Below the pieces are notes generated by a model that ran no database searches, was not told the origin of the DNA, and worked only from the letters and a program-made list of their open reading frames with translations. Shown here piece after piece: positions 31,666-39,904 of a stretch of DNA of 64,000 bases. How positions within the stretch are numbered: the first letter of the stretch is position 1; each line of letters starts with the position of its first letter. Source of the DNA: an uncultured delta proteobacterium (lineage in GTDB: Bacteria > Desulfobacterota > Binatia > UBA9968). Both the position numbers and the translations under genes were made by a program. Location of the stretch: assembly GCA_963816145.1 (NCBI GenBank), contig CAWFJP010000004.1:192001-256000 (forward strand), in the 5' to 3' direction.

Positions 31666-32496
31666 CTAGTGCAACTCAAATTTGACCGGTAATAAGACCC
31701 ATACCGAAACCGCTTCTTTGCCCCGGCGTGCCGGTTCGAAGAGCCATTTTTTGACCGCGTCCATAGCGGCGATATCGAGATCGCGAAAACCAGCGGATTG
31801 CTCGACCAAAACTTCGCTCACGCGGCCGGTTTCCAGCACCCGAACCTTTAAAGTCGTCACGCCTTGAGCGCCGGCTCTTTTGGCGGAGTCGGGATAACGC
31901 GGCTTAACTTGGTAGCCGCCGAGGGGTCTGGCCAGACCGGAGAGCGCTTCTCCTGAGCCTGTGCCGCCGCCGGTGCCGTCGCCCTTGGCGCCCCGGCCGA
32001 GCCCCGACGCTCCGGTACCGCCACCGCCGCCGGCGACTCCGCTGCCGGCGACCACGCCGGCATCGCCCTTGGCGAAGAGATTGCCGGCGCCGGCGGCGCT
32101 GCCCTCCGCTTGAGTGGCTTGCGTGCCGGTGTTCCAGCCGGCTTTGGCCGCGCCGGCGTTATCCGGCAATGCCGCCAGCTGCTGCGGCTCTGCGACCGGT
32201 TTTTCTTTGCTGTCTTCTTTGGTGTTGCCGGTCGGCGGCAATGGACTGGTTTCAAAAACCGGCTTGGAAAGCAATTTGGGCGCGGTGAGATTTTGCGGTT
32301 TGGGTTTCGGCACCGGTGGCGGCGGTGCGACCTCAACTTTTTGCGGCTGCTCGACCCGCGGCAGCTCGATCAATTCCACCGGCATATTGACGGGCTTGAG
32401 CGGTTTGGCGTGCATCACCAGCGCAGCCACGGGAATCAGGCTCAAATGAATTAACGACGAGGCGGTAAACGACGAGATCAGCCCGTGCTCATTCAT
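31666..32496 (-). CDS. tonB: Energy transducer TonB
   Basis: SSLIH anchor, Pro- and Gly-rich linker, KPRYP...QG...WLFEPA C-terminal domain. Confidence 0.92.
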   Translation of the reverse strand: MNEHGLISSFTASSLIHLSLIPVAALVMHAKPLKPVNMPVELIELPRVEQPQKVEVAPPPPVPKPKPQNLTAPKLLSKPVFETSPLPPTGNTKEDSKEKPVAEPQQLAALPDNAGAAKAGWNTGTQATQAEGSAAGAGNLFAKGDAGVVAGSGVAGGGGGTGASGLGRGAKGDGTGGGTGSGEALSGLARPLGGYQVKPRYPDSAKRAGAQGVTTLKVRVLETGRVSEVLVEQSAGFRDLDIAAMDAVKKWLFEPARRGKEAVSVWVLLPVKFELH

Positions 32497-32906
32497 TTTC
32501 TTTGCTCCTTCGGTTTGACCGCGATCGCCATCTTGGCGACGTTGGCGCCGCGGGCGATATCCATGACTTCGACGACGCGGCCATGCTCGACGCCGTCGTC
32601 GGCGTTGATGACAACCAACATCTCGGAGTTTTTCACCAGCTGCTGGCGCAGCGCATCGCCCAGAGCGGTCTTGTCGATCGCCTTTTGGTTAAGAAACAAC
32701 CGGCCGTCTTTGTCGATGGTTACCGCCGCGCTCTCGGCCGGCGCCTGCTGACCGGCAGCGGCTTTCGGCAGATTGACCGGCATGCCTTTGAACTGGGTCA
32801 TCGACAACGTCGAGATCATAAAAAAGACCAGGAGAAAGAAAATCGTGTCGATCATCGGGATGATCTCGATGCGCGCCTTTTTAATGCTGCGGCGTTGTAT
32901 GCGCAT
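32493..32906 (-). CDS. exbD: Biopolymer transporter ExbD
   Basis: IEIIPMIDTIFFLLVFFM, VNLPKA, VINAD. Confidence 0.92.
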   Translation of the reverse strand: MRIQRRSIKKARIEIIPMIDTIFFLLVFFMISTLSMTQFKGMPVNLPKAAAGQQAPAESAAVTIDKDGRLFLNQKAIDKTALGDALRQQLVKNSEMLVVINADDGVEHGRVVEVMDIARGANVAKMAIAVKPKEQRK

Positions 32907-33514
32907 CAGTGTTTCCCCATGCGCTCATGAAGCAGCAATTCGAGCGAGGAACTGAAGTGCTCCATTCGGTCCATTTCGCGCTCGACCTTCGCCGTGAAGT
33001 AGTTGTAGGAAACCAAGGTGAGAATCGCGATCAGCAAACCGGTGGCGGTGGCGATCAGCGCTTCGGCAACGCCGCCGGTGACCGCATGGGGCTGGCCCAT
33101 GCCGACCTCGGACATGACATCAAAGGAACCGATCATGCCGACCACCGTGCCGAGCAGTCCGAGCAATGGGGCGAGGGTGACGATCGTGTCGAGAACCCCC
33201 AGGCGGCTTTTGAGAATCGGAATTTCGGCCTGCGCCGCCGCTTCCATTGCTTTGGCCGGGGCCGGATTGCGGTGCGCGATGCCGGCAGCGAGGACCCGTG
33301 CAATGGGCTGGATCGACGTCTTGCCTAACTGCAACGCCTGGTCGAATTCGCCCTTGTCGACAAAAGCTAGGATTTGATGCAACGCATCCTTCGATTTTAG
33401 TTTGGTCCAATACAATAAGCGTTCGATTGTCAGGGCGACAGAGATTAGCGAACAAGCGAGGAGCGGAATCATGACGATCCCGCCTTTAACGATGATCGAA
33501 ACAAATGCCGACAT
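32906..33514 (-). CDS. exbB: MotA/TolQ/ExbB proton channel
   Basis: GGIVMIPL, APLLGLLGTVVGMI, GVAEALIATATGL; start taken at ATG 33514. Confidence 0.92.
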   Translation of the reverse strand: MSAFVSIIVKGGIVMIPLLACSLISVALTIERLLYWTKLKSKDALHQILAFVDKGEFDQALQLGKTSIQPIARVLAAGIAHRNPAPAKAMEAAAQAEIPILKSRLGVLDTIVTLAPLLGLLGTVVGMIGSFDVMSEVGMGQPHAVTGGVAEALIATATGLLIAILTLVSYNYFTAKVEREMDRMEHFSSSLELLLHERMGKH

Positions 33515-33516
33515 GA

Positions 33517-33729
33517 CTATTGGACCAATCCTTTCTTGACTTGCTGATGATTGTTCTGCTCGCTGATCTCGGCGTCCTCCGCCACGCTTTGCATGGCGAG
33601 CCCGAGGTCGCGCAGATCGCCTCTCGAGATATGCAGAACGATGTTGCCGTAATGAAAGTGGGCGGTGTCTTGACTGCAATCGCAAAGCGAGACCGACCAC
33701 CCTCCTCCTCGGGATTTGATGCCGTACAT
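33517..33729 (-). CDS. Small hypothetical protein (70 aa) with CDC and HFH motifs, first gene of the tonB operon
   Basis: GGAGG RBS then ATG 33729; MYGIKSRGGGWSVSLCDCSQDTAHFHYGNIVLHI...; stop lies 2 nt before exbB. Confidence 0.7.
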   Translation of the reverse strand: MYGIKSRGGGWSVSLCDCSQDTAHFHYGNIVLHISRGDLRDLGLAMQSVAEDAEISEQNNHQQVKKGLVQ

Positions 33730-33741
33730 TTTGACCTCCGC

Positions 33742-33817
33742 AAAAATCAAAAAGCCCGACGCTCTGCAACATTCGCTGCGAAGCGCCGGGCTCTGGATTC
33801 AAGATCTCTGGCCGCTG
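33742..33817 (-). ncRNA. Conserved leader/attenuator motif, copy B
   Basis: CAGCGGCCAGAGATCTTGAATCCAGAGCCCGG-stem-TCGGGCTTTTTGATTTTT directly before an RBS. Confidence 0.75.
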
Positions 33818-33840
33818 AGTGTGTTTGTATATTCAAAGCA

Positions 33841-33883
33841 TAAGTATTTGTCAATACTTATAGCCGATATTTGTATAGACTAA
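33841..33883 (-). promoter_or_regulatory. Promoter/operator region of the tonB operon
   Basis: Minus-strand TTGACA (33849-33854) inside the palindrome TAAGTATT-TGTC-AATACTTA. TTTGTATAGACTAA (33870-33883) resembles the box upstream of the DtxR-family gene. Confidence 0.5.
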
Positions 33884-33963
33884 TATTAATTTATAACCTG
33901 CTAAAACTTTGTGTAAATTAACGATGTCTGTGTTCTCAATATCTCTCTTTGTTGTGCCATTAA

Positions 33964-34134
33964 TCACCGAGGATTTTGGTTATGCCGGTGCTCAGGTGAA
34001 ATAGGAATAATGATCTTTCGTTTACACCGGCGACACTTGATTTCGACCCCACCCGGCACTAGACGGGCCAGCAAATTGCCACAGTGACAGCGTAAGAGTT
34101 TAACCTCTGTGCCGTCGACGACTTTATCTTTCAT
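33964..34134 (-). CDS. Com-like zinc-ribbon microprotein 2 (56 aa, not in the ORF track)
   Basis: Translated by hand: MKDKVVDGTEVKLLRCHCGNLLARLVPGGVEIKCRRCKRKIIIPISPEHRHNQNPR; paralogue of 36216..36407. Confidence 0.8.
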   Translation of the reverse strand: MKDKVVDGTEVKLLRCHCGNLLARLVPGGVEIKCRRCKRKIIIPISPEHRHNQNPR

Positions 34135-34196
34135 TGGCGGTTTGACTCAGTTGACAGATAGCGCTTCGACAAGACATGGCATTTATTTTCTTCTCC

Positions 34197-34262
34197 AAAA
34201 AAAGAGCCCGGAATCGCATGTAACGCGATGCCGGGCTCTGGGTTCTCGACCTCTGGCCGCTC
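34197..34262 (-). ncRNA. Conserved leader/attenuator motif, copy C
   Basis: GAGCGGCCAGAGGTCGAGAACCCAGAGCCCGG-stem-CCGGGCTCTTTTTTT then a GGAG RBS. Confidence 0.75.
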
Positions 34263-34386
34263 GTCCGTTTACCGTTATGAAACTGTTAGTGTTGGTCGAC
34301 TCTAACTGTTCTCTAAAAAATTCGGGCCACAAAACTCCACTGCTCCAATTCGATTTGGCTATCGCGAGCCGAGATCGACATGGCCA

Positions 34387-35238
34387 TTACCAAAACCAGC
34401 TCGATTCTGACGAGGGACCGAACAGCGCGCAAACGAAATTCTCAAGCTCTAGATTGAACTTGATGATGACCGGATCCGAGCCGTGGGTCAGACCGAAACC
34501 GGCGCCAATATTGTACTCGATACCATGCGGCAGCTCGCCCCGGATGACCGGAAAGATGTAATGTTGCTGCTCCGCTCTTGGGTCGGTGTCGTTGATGTTG
34601 CCGATACCGCCGAAAAACTCGACACCCGGCGAAATCGACCGCATCCAGCGATAATAAATTCCCGAGGCGTAGCCGAATTCGAATCCTTTGTTCTTGTCTG
34701 GGCCGACCAATACTTTTTCAAAGATGGGATTAACCATCAAGGAAAGGCTGCCGAAGTCTTTTTGAATAATCGGGCGCAATTCCAGTTCTAGTTTCTGATC
34801 GTCGAATTGCGGTACACGGTTGTATCCCAATTCAATGTACCAACCGAGATCGATGGGCAGCTGCCCTTGATCGAACAGGCTGCCGCGCACTCTGAACTTT
34901 GAGCCGGCATATTGCAGGTCACGACCGTTGGGCTTGGCGATATTCACGTACGCCGCCGCTTCGATGCGATCGGAAAGCCCGTAGGTTGCCTCCAAAGCGG
35001 TGCGCCACATCGATTGGCTGGGTAAGGTGCCGCCTGAAGTTCCCTTGTCGCCCTGGGTGAAGCCATTGGCGACAACGCTATTTAGCCACTCAAGTTCAAG
35101 AACACCGCGCCCGAGCGTGCGGTACGGATAAACTTCAAATTCCCAGGGATCGACCTGCGCGGCGCCACAACCGGGGCGTAACAAATCTGCCAGGACGATG
35201 AGGCACGCTAAGGTTATCGATCGTAAATAAGTGTTCAT
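34387..35238 (-). CDS. Putative outer-membrane beta-barrel protein
   Basis: Signal peptide, then alternating beta-strand patterns (EFEVY, LEATYG, LELRPIIQKDF, EYNIGAGFGLT). Confidence 0.65.
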   Translation of the reverse strand: MNTYLRSITLACLIVLADLLRPGCGAAQVDPWEFEVYPYRTLGRGVLELEWLNSVVANGFTQGDKGTSGGTLPSQSMWRTALEATYGLSDRIEAAAYVNIAKPNGRDLQYAGSKFRVRGSLFDQGQLPIDLGWYIELGYNRVPQFDDQKLELELRPIIQKDFGSLSLMVNPIFEKVLVGPDKNKGFEFGYASGIYYRWMRSISPGVEFFGGIGNINDTDPRAEQQHYIFPVIRGELPHGIEYNIGAGFGLTHGSDPVIIKFNLELENFVCALFGPSSESSWFW

Positions 35239-35744
35239 TGTGAATGCTCCTTAGTTGTATTGGAACTTTGTTGGGATCGTTGGCTTGCTAACTCCGATTC
35301 GATCCACTGTAGTAACAGCAGCAGATCTGTTTGGTTTAGCGCTGCTTGAGGGTGCAGTATGCGGTAACTCCACGGCGGCATGTTTTCTTGACGCAAGGTG
35401 CGATCGATCCACTGAAGTTTGCGTAACTTTGTCGTCAGGTAATAGGAACCCCATTCGGAGAAGTTCAGCTGTTTGCGCCCCAACCCGACGTCCCGTTCCA
35501 ACCACCAAGAGAATGGCGCGACGTAGCCGTACCATGGCCAGCGGGTTTCATTGGAGTGGCAGTCGTAACAGGAGCGTATGAGAATAGCCGCAATTTTCGG
35601 TGGCGCTGCAGCGTCGTCACGTGTAGGAGGATCTTCATGGCGAATCCCGCGCGATAGTCCGACCATGGTAAGTCCGGCGACTGCGAGGAGCGCCGCGACG
35701 TGCTGCTTGTTTATTTTCACCGGCCGTCGATCTCCTATACCCAT
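35235..35744 (-). CDS. Haem-binding domain (c-type) protein
   Basis: SCYDCHSNETRWPWY...LNFSEW...MPP..Y...HP. Confidence 0.85.
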   Translation of the reverse strand: MGIGDRRPVKINKQHVAALLAVAGLTMVGLSRGIRHEDPPTRDDAAAPPKIAAILIRSCYDCHSNETRWPWYGYVAPFSWWLERDVGLGRKQLNFSEWGSYYLTTKLRKLQWIDRTLRQENMPPWSYRILHPQAALNQTDLLLLLQWIESELASQRSQQSSNTTKEHSQ

Positions 35745-35750
35745 GAGTTT

Positions 35751-36089
35751 TTATTTGGCCGTGATCGTTCCTTCGGGAACATCCTGGTGAAAATCGTCGT
35801 AAATGTCATAACTGCCGGGCCGCAAAGCCGGTACGAGTACGATCACCGACTCACCGGGGCCAACGACCTTCTCACGGTTGAGCTTGAAGCTTTCGAATTC
35901 GATGGCTTCTTTGCTGCTGTTGGTGATTTTAATCTTAAACGGTTGATTCGCCGGGACGGTGATCGTTTGCGGAATAAAGCGGCGATTCTCGAAGCGCAAC
36001 TCGACCACCGCGTCGTCGGCTTGGGCGCGCCTTGCTAACGCGATGGCAAAGAGGAAAAGCAGGGTAATTGTAATCCTCGAATGCTTCAT
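35751..36089 (-). CDS. Cupredoxin-domain periplasmic protein (EfeO/FtrB-like)
   Basis: Signal peptide; FIPQTITVPAN, EFES..LNREKVV.PG, GSYDIYDDFH. Confidence 0.85.
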   Translation of the reverse strand: MKHSRITITLLFLFAIALARRAQADDAVVELRFENRRFIPQTITVPANQPFKIKITNSSKEAIEFESFKLNREKVVGPGESVIVLVPALRPGSYDIYDDFHQDVPEGTITAK

Positions 36090-36110
36090 CTAGTTCTCTC
36101 CTTGGCTATT

Positions 36111-36185
36111 AAAAAGCAAAAAGCCCGGTTACCGCCGTTGTCTGTGCGGAACGCCGGGCTCTGGGTTCAAGACCTCTGGCCGCTG
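36111..36185 (-). ncRNA. Conserved leader/attenuator motif, copy D
   Basis: CAGCGGCCAGAGGTCTTGAACCCAGAGCCCGG-stem-CCGGGCTTTTTGCTTTTT, 30 nt after the Com-like gene 1 stop. Confidence 0.75.
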
Positions 36186-36215
36186 AATTAGATTTATCAA
36201 CGTTCTCAATGATGG

Positions 36216-36407
36216 TTACATATCGATCCTGACAGTGCCCTTGGTGGCGAAAGGTACGACCACTTGGCGCTTACAGCGGCGGCATTTGAGTTCGACGCCG
36301 TCGGCGACCACCCGGGCTAACAAGCTGCCACAGCTGCATCGCAGCGAGTTGTCTGGCTTTGTTGCCGCCGCTATCTCGCGGTTCTTTTGTTGTAGTCGTG
36401 AATCCAA
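36216..36407 (-). CDS. Com-like zinc-ribbon microprotein 1 (63 aa)
   Basis: LRCSCGSLLARVVADGVELKCRRCKRQVVVP; probable TTG start 1 nt after the FTR1 stop. Confidence 0.8.
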   Translation of the reverse strand: MDSRLQQKNREIAAATKPDNSLRCSCGSLLARVVADGVELKCRRCKRQVVVPFATKGTVRIDM

Positions 36408-36408
36408 T

Positions 36409-38391
36409 TTACTTCGCTTTCTTGCGCTGACGGGCCAGCCAAAAGGACGTAGCGACGAAGGCAAAAAGCATCAATCCTTGAGCCGCCAGGGTTTCAACGG
36501 TCGGATGGATGCCGAGCAAGGGGATCGCGTGCGGCACGCTCGTCGGTGTGGTGGAGATCCACTGGGCGGCTTGTAATTCTTTGACGCCGTTGCCGGCGAA
36601 GATAAACGCCATGATATAGAGCAGCGTTCCAGTGGCGCTCAAGAAATATTTGATCGGAAGTTTGAGCCCGAGCTTTAAAATCGCAAAGGTCGCGACCCCC
36701 AATAACCCGAGCCCGAGCGCCAGGCCCCAAATAATCGAGCCGTGACTATCCTCATTTTGCATCCACAGCGCTTGATAAAACAGCACCAGTTCGAAGGCCT
36801 CGCGATAGACGGCGAAAAACGAGATGCCGATAAGTCCGAAGATGCGCTGGGTCGATATTCCCGATTTTACTTTCTGTTCGATGAACTCATGCCAGCGTTT
36901 GACTTCCGAGCGGGTGTGCAGCCAGTAGCCGACATAGAAAAGCGCCACGGCCGCGAAGACGGATATGAATCCTTCCATGCTTTCGCGGTGGCGACCGCTG
37001 AGCGTGAGCACGGTTTGCGTCGCTACCCAGGTCAATCCGCCGCAGAAGAGCGCGAGAATCCAACCGAGATGAATGTAGCGGATCGCTTCGGTTGCGCCCA
37101 TGACGCGCAACATGCCGATGATGCTGGCCAGGATCAGTGCCGCTTCGAGTCCTTCGCGAAAGATGATCAAGGCTGAATTCGCGAAGGCATAATAGCCCGA
37201 GTAGCCGTCGTCGCGCGCCATTGCCTGGGTGGCGCGATCGAGTTGCACTTCGATTTCTACATGCTGTTTTTGAATTTCTTCCGCCGGCGCGCCTTGCTTG
37301 ATGCTGTTGCGCAGCTGGGTAAATTGCGCTTCCAGACCGCGTCCCAAGCTCGCATCTTTGGCGACTAGTGTTGGTTCGGCAAGTTCATAGCCGTCAAGAT
37401 ACGCTTCAACGGCTTTTTGATAGGCCTGATCTTTTTCCCCTTTGGCATAAAGCGCGACGGCTTCGCGCAGAAGTCCCTTGGCAACTGAAAGGGGATCGGA
37501 CAGCGAGGCTTCCAACATGCCGCGGCGCAGGTAGGCAAGCGCTGCCAGCGCCTGAGACTCGTCTTTGGTCTGTTGTTGGAGCCGGTCCAACAGCACTTCG
37601 TCGGCGCTGGTCGCCAGGGTTGCAACCGTTTGCAATTCGCCGGGCAAGCCTTTCGCCTTGACCATCTGCGCGCCGGTTTTGGCCGCTTCGTCGGTGAATC
37701 GCAGAGAAAATACGTAGAATGCGACCTGCCAGCGTTGCTCTTCGCTAAGGGCGGCAAACGATGCCATGGCCGTGCCCTCGATGCCGAAGCTCGCGGTGTT
37801 AAATACTTTGAACGGCGACAGGCCGCCGATGCGCTCGGGATCGGTGAAGTTGGCCGGCAGCGGCGTTTTGGGTTTCATGCTTTCGCGGCCTGGGCCGTCG
37901 CCTTTGCCGGTGGCGCCATGGCATTGCGCGCAATTGTCGTCGTAGATTTTCTTGCCGCTCGCCATGGACGGCAAGCGGCGCGGGTAGGGGACGATATTGT
38001 AGGCCGCCAGCAGTTTTTCTTTGGTTGCCTTGGCAGTTTCGGCGACCGCTTTGGGATCGGCTTTGTCCGTCACCTGCTGCGCCAGGGATTTTACCAAGGC
38101 TTCGACGCCGGCTTTATCGCCTTTGTCAGCGGCTTTGAGCTGGGCGAATAATTCCAAACCGCGCTTGGCGAATTCTTGCATTTCGCCGTACTCGTCCGGG
38201 TTCAAGACTTTGCCGTCTTTGACGGCATTTTTGTAATCGCTGCCCAGGTAGTCGAGCAGCGCGACCAGCTTCTTGGCCTGTTCTTGCGCCAATACCGGAG
38301 CCGCGGCGAAGAGTAGTAGCCATATCGCTAAGAATGAGGCGGTGATCTTGCTACTCGTGAAAGCGCGTCGTTGGGAAATCCCGTTGGTCAT
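36409..38391 (-). CDS. Cytochrome c / FTR1-family iron permease
   Basis: LLDYLGSDY, CAQCH haem motif, two RExxE motifs (REGLE, REAFE), TM C-terminus. Confidence 0.92.
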   Translation of the reverse strand: MTNGISQRRAFTSSKITASFLAIWLLLFAAAPVLAQEQAKKLVALLDYLGSDYKNAVKDGKVLNPDEYGEMQEFAKRGLELFAQLKAADKGDKAGVEALVKSLAQQVTDKADPKAVAETAKATKEKLLAAYNIVPYPRRLPSMASGKKIYDDNCAQCHGATGKGDGPGRESMKPKTPLPANFTDPERIGGLSPFKVFNTASFGIEGTAMASFAALSEEQRWQVAFYVFSLRFTDEAAKTGAQMVKAKGLPGELQTVATLATSADEVLLDRLQQQTKDESQALAALAYLRRGMLEASLSDPLSVAKGLLREAVALYAKGEKDQAYQKAVEAYLDGYELAEPTLVAKDASLGRGLEAQFTQLRNSIKQGAPAEEIQKQHVEIEVQLDRATQAMARDDGYSGYYAFANSALIIFREGLEAALILASIIGMLRVMGATEAIRYIHLGWILALFCGGLTWVATQTVLTLSGRHRESMEGFISVFAAVALFYVGYWLHTRSEVKRWHEFIEQKVKSGISTQRIFGLIGISFFAVYREAFELVLFYQALWMQNEDSHGSIIWGLALGLGLLGVATFAILKLGLKLPIKYFLSATGTLLYIMAFIFAGNGVKELQAAQWISTTPTSVPHAIPLLGIHPTVETLAAQGLMLFAFVATSFWLARQRKKAK

Positions 38392-38394
38392 TGG

Positions 38395-39162
38395 CTAGCT
38401 TCCTTGAGTCGATAGTAGAAAACGTTTTCTCAGCCAGGCGCTGATGCCGTCCATCATCAAGACGATCACCAGAACTAGTAGCAGCACGGTGGCTAGCCGA
38501 CGATAATCGAGATTCTGCAGATAGATTTGAATCACCAAACCGAGACCGCCGGCGCCGACAAATCCGAGAACCGACGAGGCGCGGATGTTGTATTCGAGCA
38601 TGAACAGCACCTGGGCGAGGATCGCATTGGCGGTTTCCGGGATAATCACAAAGCGCACCAGTTGCAGCTTCGATGCACCGGTGCTCTGCACCGCTTCGAT
38701 GATTTCCGGATCGGTGCCTTCGAACAGGTCGGCGTAGATTTTCGCCAGGTAGCCGACCGTATAGGCGGCAATACCGAAGGTGCCGGCCAGCGGTCCGAGG
38801 CCGACCAGAATGACGAAGACGATCGCCCACAGCAGCACCGGAATGGTGCGTATGCCAGCGGCGATGAATCTGGCCAAGCTCGAGAGCCAATCTGAAAAAA
38901 GTCGGCGCGTGCCGAGCACGCTCAAAGGCAGCGAAGCGATGAAACCCAAGAGCGTTCCGGCAAAGGACATTTCGACGGTTTCCCATAGCGCGGCGCCGGC
39001 GGTGGGCAGGATACTCATGTCGGGCGGCACCATTTCGCCGCCGAGAATCCTCAGGTTGCGAAAGCCGCGCGCTAAACGCTCGCCATCGAAGAGCCCTAAA
39101 TGGGCCAGGGTCGCAAGCAGGAACAAACCGACGGTGAGCGGCAAAAAGAATTTCGGCATCAC
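38395..39162 (-). CDS. phnE: Phosphonate/phosphite-type ABC permease
   Basis: RTIPVLLWA, GLGPLAG, LEYNIRASSVLGFVGAGGLG. Confidence 0.85.
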   Translation of the reverse strand: MMPKFFLPLTVGLFLLATLAHLGLFDGERLARGFRNLRILGGEMVPPDMSILPTAGAALWETVEMSFAGTLLGFIASLPLSVLGTRRLFSDWLSSLARFIAAGIRTIPVLLWAIVFVILVGLGPLAGTFGIAAYTVGYLAKIYADLFEGTDPEIIEAVQSTGASKLQLVRFVIIPETANAILAQVLFMLEYNIRASSVLGFVGAGGLGLVIQIYLQNLDYRRLATVLLLVLVIVLMMDGISAWLRKRFLLSTQGS

Positions 39163-39890
39163 GCGGTTGCCTCAGCCGGCTCGGTTTCAAGATACTCGCT
39201 GCCGATGTAGCCCTTGCCGATCGCGCCGTCTTTCATGGCGAGCACTTCTTCGCCGAACTTCCGCGCCAGACCGAGGCGGTGCATGCTCATGATGAATGTG
39301 ATGTTTTCTGTCTCGGCAGCGGCGCGGATACGGCCGAGAATCTCGTAGGCCAAAGTGAGATCGAGATCCGAGGCGAACTCGTCGGCGATGACGATGCGCG
39401 GCCGCTGCAATAGCGTGCGCGCGATGGCGACCCGTTGACGCTCGCCGCCGCTCAGCTGGAATACCCGATTGTTGCTCTTGTGGTCGATACCCATCATGGC
39501 GAGCGCCGCATGGGCGGCGTCGATCTCCGCGCGCGGAAATATGCCGAATAGAGTTTGGGCATCGCCAAGCCGGCCGAGCGCGCCCATCAGCACGTTGTCG
39601 AGGGCGGAGAGATTGCGCACCAGACCCAATTGTTGCGGAATGTAACCAATCAGCGAGCTCAAATTTCGCCGGCTGCCGCCTTCCAGGGGTTGGCCGAACA
39701 CGGCAATTTTCCCGCGGCTTGGCGGCAATATTCCCGCCATGACACGCAGCAATGTGGTCTTGCCGGTTCCCGAAGGACCCATGATCACCGTGTGCTTGCC
39801 GGCGGGAATCGACAGCGAGACATTGCGCAGGACGGGCTCGTGGCGCGGATAGGAAAACCAAACCTGGTCTGCGTGCAATGCCGTAACCAT
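39159..39890 (-). CDS. phnC: Phosphonate-type ABC ATPase
   Basis: GPSGTGKTT, NVLMGALGR, LSGGERQRVAIAR, IADE. Confidence 0.82.
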   Translation of the reverse strand: MVTALHADQVWFSYPRHEPVLRNVSLSIPAGKHTVIMGPSGTGKTTLLRVMAGILPPSRGKIAVFGQPLEGGSRRNLSSLIGYIPQQLGLVRNLSALDNVLMGALGRLGDAQTLFGIFPRAEIDAAHAALAMMGIDHKSNNRVFQLSGGERQRVAIARTLLQRPRIVIADEFASDLDLTLAYEILGRIRAAAETENITFIMSMHRLGLARKFGEEVLAMKDGAIGKGYIGSEYLETEPAEATA

Positions 39891-39904
39891 ATATGCGCTG
39901 TCGC

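Noticed and set aside
25002-36185. Reading the four-copy motif as a CRISPR array or a plain REP
   Set aside because: Copies are dispersed rather than regularly spaced, with no cas genes. All are co-oriented in 5' leaders with variable stems, unlike the REP-like elements at 50.5-56.7 kb.
36190-36212. Fur-box-like ATTGAGAACGTTGATAAAT upstream of motif D
   Set aside because: Only one half-site resembles the consensus, and it is a single instance.
33964-36407. Mu-like prophage suggested by the Com-like genes
   Set aside because: No mom/methylase, transposase, structural or lysis genes nearby.
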